Source of the DNA: Candidatus Brocadia sp.
GTDB lineage: Bacteria > Planctomycetota > Brocadiia > Brocadiales > Brocadiaceae
NCBI GenBank assembly: GCA_021650915.1
Contig: CP091279.1
Location: 420,001-452,000 of the forward strand
Reading direction: 5' to 3'
DNA length: 32,000 nt
Every line of letters begins with the position of its first letter. Within the stretch, counting starts at the first letter, position 1. The translations under genes were made by a program, and so were the position numbers. Positions 27,195 through 32,000 of the stretch are shown here, piece after piece. The notes under the pieces were generated by a model that saw only the letters and a program-made list of their open reading frames with translations, did no database searches and was not told the DNA's origin.

Positions 27195-27647
27195 ATGGCT
27201 AAGGATTTGATGAAGTGGACGCAATTGCCAACCATTTCTTCTATACAGGAGGAAATGAACCGGATGTTTGACCGGGTCTTCAGAGGAGGGGATTTGTCAG
27301 ATTTTGGCATAACAGGCACATGGGCGCCCCCTTTGGATTTATCAGAGACAGCAGACAAAGTCACGGTAAAGGCAGAAATTCCTGGTATGGATCCAAAGGA
27401 GATAGATATTTCGATCCAGGGCGATACCCTGATAATTAAGGGTGAAAAGAAGGAAGAAAAAGAAGAGAAGGGAAAGAACTATTACCGTATGGAAAGACGA
27501 TATGGGAATTTTACGCGTTCCGTTGATCTTCCTGCCTCGGTAGACACCAATAAGGTGACGGCGGAGTGTAAAAACGGGGTGCTGGAGATTACCATGCAAA
27601 AGAGAGAGGAAGTAAAACCGAAGCAGATTACCGTAAAGGTTGGTTAA
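27195..27647 (+). CDS. small heat-shock protein, Hsp20/alpha-crystallin family
   Basis: 150 aa with alpha-crystallin core W.PP.D..ET.D...V.AE.PG....I.I...GD.L.I.GE.K.E.........Y.R.ER.YG.F.R...LP..VD...V.A....GVL.I. GGAG lies upstream. Confidence 0.93.
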   Translation: MAKDLMKWTQLPTISSIQEEMNRMFDRVFRGGDLSDFGITGTWAPPLDLSETADKVTVKAEIPGMDPKEIDISIQGDTLIIKGEKKEEKEEKGKNYYRMERRYGNFTRSVDLPASVDTNKVTAECKNGVLEITMQKREEVKPKQITVKVG

Positions 27648-27797
27648 TGGCATAATCGCAGGTGTCCGGAGCGGCTTATCTGGACATCTGCTGAATTGTA
27701 CAAAACGTTTATCGTGAAGACAGGGGGGTGGGAGATATTCCAGTCTCTCATCCTCCTTCTTTGCATCTTTTCAAACCGCAATATTATACTTCTCCGT

Positions 27798-28700
27798 CTA
27801 TAGCTCGCCAACAATCGAAATCTCCGTCTCTAAAGCATAGCCCAATTTCTTTTTTACTACATGCTGCACGTGCTGAATCAACTGTAAAACATCACATGCC
27901 GTCGCATTGCCTCTGTTGACAATAAAATTGGCGTGTTTCTTTGATACCTCCGCTTCCCCGATGCACGCACCTTTTAGACCGGCCTGTTCTATTAATCGCC
28001 CCGCCCCGATATCCTTGATTTTTTTAAATACCGAACCACAACTGGGAAATTCCGGCAATTGCGGTTGCCTGGCATTGCGCCATGCCATATTGGCATCCAT
28101 AATAGCGCGTATTTCCTCTTTCTGCCTTGAGCACAACTGAAAGGTAACATCGAGGACAATGTCCTTCCGTTTCTGTAAGACGCTTTTGTCATAGTCAAAC
28201 TGGAAGTAATCGACCCCGACGGTACAACACCGCCCTTCTTCGGTAAGAATACGGCTTGTTTGAACTATTGACTCAATAAATACCGTCCTCGTTCTGTCGG
28301 GGGACAAAAAGTGTAAGTTCTGCCACATGGCGCCACCCACCGTACTTGGTATGCCGATAAAGTGTTCAAAACCAGACAAACCGCGACCCCAGCATTGTTC
28401 TATCAGATTGGCAACGATGACGCCGCTTTCCGCAACCAAGACCGCATTATCGAGGAAGGAAATTGTATCTGCCAGATTATGGATAACCAACCCCCGAAAT
28501 CCCTTGTCGGTTACCAGAATATTTGCACCGCAACCAAGTAAAAAAAAGGGTATTCCGTTACTGCGCGCCTCAAATAAGGCATGAAGGAGTTCGTCTATGG
28601 AGTGGACTTCGACAAAAAAATCGGATATTCCCCCGATTTTGTAAGTTGTGAATGGCGCCAGGGGTTTGTTTCTTTCCAGATTTGGAATATTCAGTGACAT
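27798..28700 (-). CDS. murB: UDP-N-acetylenolpyruvoylglucosamine reductase
   Basis: 300 aa with PLAPFTTYKIGG, LGCGANILV.D.GF.G and a GSVFK / AG.LIE..GLKG..IG.A.VS.KHANFIVN C-terminal domain. Confidence 0.9.
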   Translation of the reverse strand: MSLNIPNLERNKPLAPFTTYKIGGISDFFVEVHSIDELLHALFEARSNGIPFFLLGCGANILVTDKGFRGLVIHNLADTISFLDNAVLVAESGVIVANLIEQCWGRGLSGFEHFIGIPSTVGGAMWQNLHFLSPDRTRTVFIESIVQTSRILTEEGRCCTVGVDYFQFDYDKSVLQKRKDIVLDVTFQLCSRQKEEIRAIMDANMAWRNARQPQLPEFPSCGSVFKKIKDIGAGRLIEQAGLKGACIGEAEVSKKHANFIVNRGNATACDVLQLIQHVQHVVKKKLGYALETEISIVGEL

Positions 28701-28870
28701 AGAACGCTAATCAGTATGCGGTACGCAGACGGCATTCAGTAAAATTTTCGTTGCCCACTGCCAATCGGCAACGATATACTATGACAAACAATATCACATT
28801 CATTGACAAATTAGCTTATTGTGAGGTAGATTTGCAATAAAAATTTTCTATTTCAAATAGGAGGTATGCC

Positions 28871-31800
28871 ATGTCCGCCACGTTTGCAAGAATTATGCTG
28901 CTCTGTGTCTGTTTTGGTGTATTACCGCTGAAAATAGAGGCTGCGCCGACTGCCAGTGGGATAAAGCCCGGGCTCATGTCCTACCTTGAAGGACTAGACG
29001 CCATGACCCAGGGCCAATTCCCTGAGGCTGTTGCGGCGTTCTCACGGGCGCTTGACGCAAGTGGCGACGATCCGGATTATGTGCTCGCGCGGGGAGTTGC
29101 TGAAACCCTGGCCGAACAATTTCATCCGGCAATGAAGGATCTTGAACGATATCAGCGTCTCGGCGGAAAGGGACGCGAGGCAGAGCTCTGGACGTATGTT
29201 GCAGAAGCGATGAGCGGCATCGCAACTCCGGGACACGCCATCCCTGGCCCCCGTAGCCTCCAGGGCAGGGAAAGCGAATCTGCGGATTCCCAGCAAGGGC
29301 AGGCATACAGCTTTGTTTCAATACCTGGCCATATGATTCAGGGACGAGATGACTACCCGACGACCTATGCTTCATTTGTCTATTACGAGATGGCTGGTTC
29401 TTATGGAAAGGTACGGCAGGGCGGCGGCGATAAGAAAACGGGTACTGTTCGCGAGAACATGATAAAAGCGGGTCGCTGGTTTGCAAAACGTTTCCTGAAA
29501 CGGCCGGACCTTGCGCCTGTGCATTTTGCCCGTGCGAAACAATTGCACGAAGCAAGGCAATTTGATGCAGCCTTGCGGGAAATTCATTTTGCCCGCGCAG
29601 CCTACCCGGCTGATCCCGATGTTTTTTATATCTCTGCGGATAGCTGGCTTTCCCTTGGCCGTCCGGCTACGGCTCGTCGCGAATTTACCATGTCACTTAC
29701 CGCCCGTACCGATTTTGCCGCGGCCTATCTTGGCCGGGCTATGGCGGCAGCCCGATGGGGAGACGCGAGGAGAGTCCGTGCTGACCTGGAGATTGCCGCC
29801 AAACTGGATGCCGCAGCCACAAAAAAAGCACGTTCCTCTATAGAAGCAGAACTGAAAAAACAGCAGGCAGAAGGCTCTCCTGAACATTTTTTGACCGCCG
29901 TGGAACAAGCAGTGCAATCAGGGACTCCTTCAGATCAGATCATCGATCTTGCCGTCAAAGTTCACAAGGCTACGGGAGAGCGGCGGCTGCGCTATGATGA
30001 AACGTATCAGGATAAACTCCGCATACTCGAAGATGCGGTGCGCGCTCATCCGAAGAACCCCGACGACCTGGCCAACCTGGCAGAGTATATTATCTCGGAA
30101 TCTGATAACCGCGGGGAATCGGTTGAGCCCCGACGGGAATTGCTCACCTACCGCTGGCAGGAATCGAAAGAAAAGGAGCGCCTTCGGGCGGTGGAAATTC
30201 TCGACCGTGCTTTGACGCTCAACCCGAAACACATAAAGGCAATGATTCAAAAGGCCATTGCGTTGAGCACCCTCAAACAGTATGACCAGGCGGAACAACT
30301 TGCGGATGAGGCATTGAAGTTGTCCGGCAAGAATTACGATGCGTTGCGTCTTTATGCGAAATTTCGTTCCATGCGGGCAAATCAATATTCTGCCGAGGCA
30401 ATGAGCCTGAGACAGACAGAATGCACAAGCTCCACCTCTACAGAAACCCGACACGACGGGATCTATGAAGTTACGACAACGACCTGTTACCCGCCTTCGC
30501 CTGCCGATCTGGAGAGGGCGAACCAGCTCGACGCTGCGGCCTCAGGACTGCGGGATAGGGCGCGTGCCGCTATGGAAGCAGCGGTCAAAGCTGCGAGGGG
30601 CACGGTGGACAAGTATCTTATTCAGGCGGATCTCCAGCTATGGTCCGGCGACTATGACGCCGCCCAGCAAACGCTCATGGATGGCGTTAAATTGTATCCA
30701 GAGTCTCTGGAAGCGCAGGATGCCCTGGTTGATTTTTTTGCAAAGACGGGGCAAAAGGTGAAGGCAGAAGAGCAACAGGCTATTGCCCGCCAGCTAATCC
30801 ACACCACCGCCGCTCCCTTGCTCCGTCTGGCATGGGATCAGATCGCAAAAACCGCCTGGCAGGGGGCGCGTGCAAGGCTGGCAGCAGCGCGTCAGATTGA
30901 CCCGGCTGACGCTAGGATTTCTGCCTATAGCGGAATGGTTTTGGAAGGTGAAGGCAAGACCAAAGAGGCGATTGCCGCCTTTCGGGTTGCGCTGGCGCTG
31001 GAGGAAGCGCGCGTTCGCCTCGATGAACCTCCGATAAACAGCGAAATGCCTCTGACCCGTGACCCGCTTGATTTTGGGTTGGCCATCCAGTCCCGTTTTC
31101 ATCTTGCACATCTTCTGGAACAGGGCGGAAAGCAGCAGGAAGAGCTTGATCAGTACCTTGCTTCTCTCAGGTATGAACCGAGAATGCTGCCGGGTTGGGA
31201 ATCGTGGCAAATGTTTACTGCCATGCTGCCGGATCAGAAACCAGAAAAAGGCGCCGAGATGATTGCCCCGGTAAATGCCGCCACGTTAATCGCGGAAGCC
31301 CATCTGCGTGCCGGTAAACTCTTTGCATCCCTCGGTAAACAAGATAAGGCGATAGAACAGTTTTCAGCCGCAGCCCGGTTGGGTCCGCAGCGTATGGCCA
31401 ATATTCCTATGGTAGGAAATGCGCAGGGTGATACGAACTTTGGCGGATTAGCCGGGGCGCCGGCCTCAGAGGCATCATTTTACCTGGCGCGGGCCCTTCT
31501 GGCTAAGGGCGATGCAGAGGGCGCCAGTAATACCCTTTACGAAATAGGAAGAACAATTCCTGAAGACCTCCGGGACGATCTCAACCAACTCAACATGGCC
31601 ATTGCACGGGCTCATTCACAGCAACAGCAAGAGCAACAGGATCCGTACGCCGGAATGAGTCAGGAACAACGCTCCTATGCGGATCGTCAATATCAGCGTG
31701 ACCGTGAGCGTCAGCAGATGGCAGCACGGCAATTTGCGTCCAAAGCAAAGGTTGTTCCGGAGTTGGTGGGCGTCTGGGAGATGTCTCCTGACAACAAATT

Positions 31801-32000
31801 TCTGCCCTGGAAGAAAACCCTGACCATCGAGTCGAACGCCAATTTCACGATCGCTTCTCACAATGAGGGTTCAGCACGCCGGGGAAAAGTAGATGTCCAG
31901 CAGGCAGGGAGTATGGCACAGGGAGTGCCTGATAATGTCAACGGACAAATGATGATGTTCGACGAGTCGGGCTCCGTTTCCACCATGTGGTATGAATTTA
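28871..32000 (+). CDS. large secreted TPR-like repeat protein, 3'-partial (over 1043 codons, continues beyond the window)
   Basis: Not in the supplied track. My own reading from ATG 28871 (TAGGAGGT lies 5 nt upstream) found no in-frame stop through 32000. The N-terminus MSATFARIMLLCVCFGVLPLKIEA|AP looks like a Sec signal peptide. Several 34-residue A/L/Y-rich helical repeats are present (e.g. GQFPEAVAAFSRALDASGDDPDY; HIKAMIQKAIALSTLKQYDQAEQLADEALKL). All long minus-strand track ORFs here are shadows of this frame. Confidence 0.8.
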   Translation, partial: MSATFARIMLLCVCFGVLPLKIEAAPTASGIKPGLMSYLEGLDAMTQGQFPEAVAAFSRALDASGDDPDYVLARGVAETLAEQFHPAMKDLERYQRLGGKGREAELWTYVAEAMSGIATPGHAIPGPRSLQGRESESADSQQGQAYSFVSIPGHMIQGRDDYPTTYASFVYYEMAGSYGKVRQGGGDKKTGTVRENMIKAGRWFAKRFLKRPDLAPVHFARAKQLHEARQFDAALREIHFARAAYPADPDVFYISADSWLSLGRPATARREFTMSLTARTDFAAAYLGRAMAAARWGDARRVRADLEIAAKLDAAATKKARSSIEAELKKQQAEGSPEHFLTAVEQAVQSGTPSDQIIDLAVKVHKATGERRLRYDETYQDKLRILEDAVRAHPKNPDDLANLAEYIISESDNRGESVEPRRELLTYRWQESKEKERLRAVEILDRALTLNPKHIKAMIQKAIALSTLKQYDQAEQLADEALKLSGKNYDALRLYAKFRSMRANQYSAEAMSLRQTECTSSTSTETRHDGIYEVTTTTCYPPSPADLERANQLDAAASGLRDRARAAMEAAVKAARGTVDKYLIQADLQLWSGDYDAAQQTLMDGVKLYPESLEAQDALVDFFAKTGQKVKAEEQQAIARQLIHTTAAPLLRLAWDQIAKTAWQGARARLAAARQIDPADARISAYSGMVLEGEGKTKEAIAAFRVALALEEARVRLDEPPINSEMPLTRDPLDFGLAIQSRFHLAHLLEQGGKQQEELDQYLASLRYEPRMLPGWESWQMFTAMLPDQKPEKGAEMIAPVNAATLIAEAHLRAGKLFASLGKQDKAIEQFSAAARLGPQRMANIPMVGNAQGDTNFGGLAGAPASEASFYLARALLAKGDAEGASNTLYEIGRTIPEDLRDDLNQLNMAIARAHSQQQQEQQDPYAGMSQEQRSYADRQYQRDRERQQMAARQFASKAKVVPELVGVWEMSPDNKFLPWKKTLTIESNANFTIASHNEGSARRGKVDVQQAGSMAQGVPDNVNGQMMMFDESGSVSTMWYEF

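Noticed and set aside
27669-27700. Hairpin CAGGTGTCC...GGACATCTG between hsp20 and murB as a bidirectional terminator.
   Set aside because: The stem contains a G-U pair and no U-run follows on either strand, which is too weak to call.
28974-31210. Minus-strand track ORFs 28974-29555, 29930-30454 and 30794-31210, and + strand frame-0 ORFs over the last 3 kb.
   Set aside because: All overlap the uninterrupted frame starting at 28871. They are Arg/Pro/Gly-rich shadows typical of GC-rich coding DNA.

Overview
Bacterial chromosomal window with four compositional and functional blocks; GC values are eyeballed, not computed.

(1) 1-10.8 kb, about 40% GC. This is the conserved tail of the spc operon and the alpha ribosomal operon on the + strand: S8, L6, L18, S5, L15, SecY, Adk, Map, IF-1, L36, S13, S11, S4, RpoA, L17. 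A strong terminator follows, then a Maf / Cys-phosphatase pair. Three oddities: no L30 gene, an uncharacterised SAM methyltransferase wedged between rpsM and rpsK, and an L17 with an internal insertion.

(2) 10.8-24.9 kb. An orphan HgdC/BcrA-type activase ATPase (- strand) abuts a 13-kb mobile-element graveyard:
- One full-length group II intron (RT/maturase ORF 15954-17120, - strand).
- Two extra head-to-tail 998-bp copies of its 3' part.
- An inverted copy of its 5' end.
- An IS1634-like element inserted in the middle intron unit with a 6-bp TSD.
- A nest of elements: IS-A fragment, then IS-B, then IS-C, then a second IS-B.
- A remnant of an NB-ARC/STAND NTPase gene.
- An internally deleted IS4/IS701-like element.
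Every transposase here is disrupted.

(3) 25-28.8 kb. A 12-TM NnrS-like membrane protein has DUF1858-like domains at both ends. Next come a candidate sigma-54 promoter, hsp20 and murB.

(4) 28.87-32.0 kb. A clearly GC-richer ORF of more than 1043 codons is absent from the supplied ORF track because it runs off the window end. It encodes a signal-peptide-bearing TPR-like protein.

rpmJ (37 aa) is also missing from the track. I saw no tRNA or rRNA genes and no CRISPR array. I cannot assign the organism from sequence alone.

The most unusual signal is the architecture of the intron copies. Orphan intron 3' ends are joined to sites that, in intact reference copies, lie immediately after the heptamer GAGAAAG. 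One of these sites is the antisense strand of the intron's own domain-I CUUUCUC.
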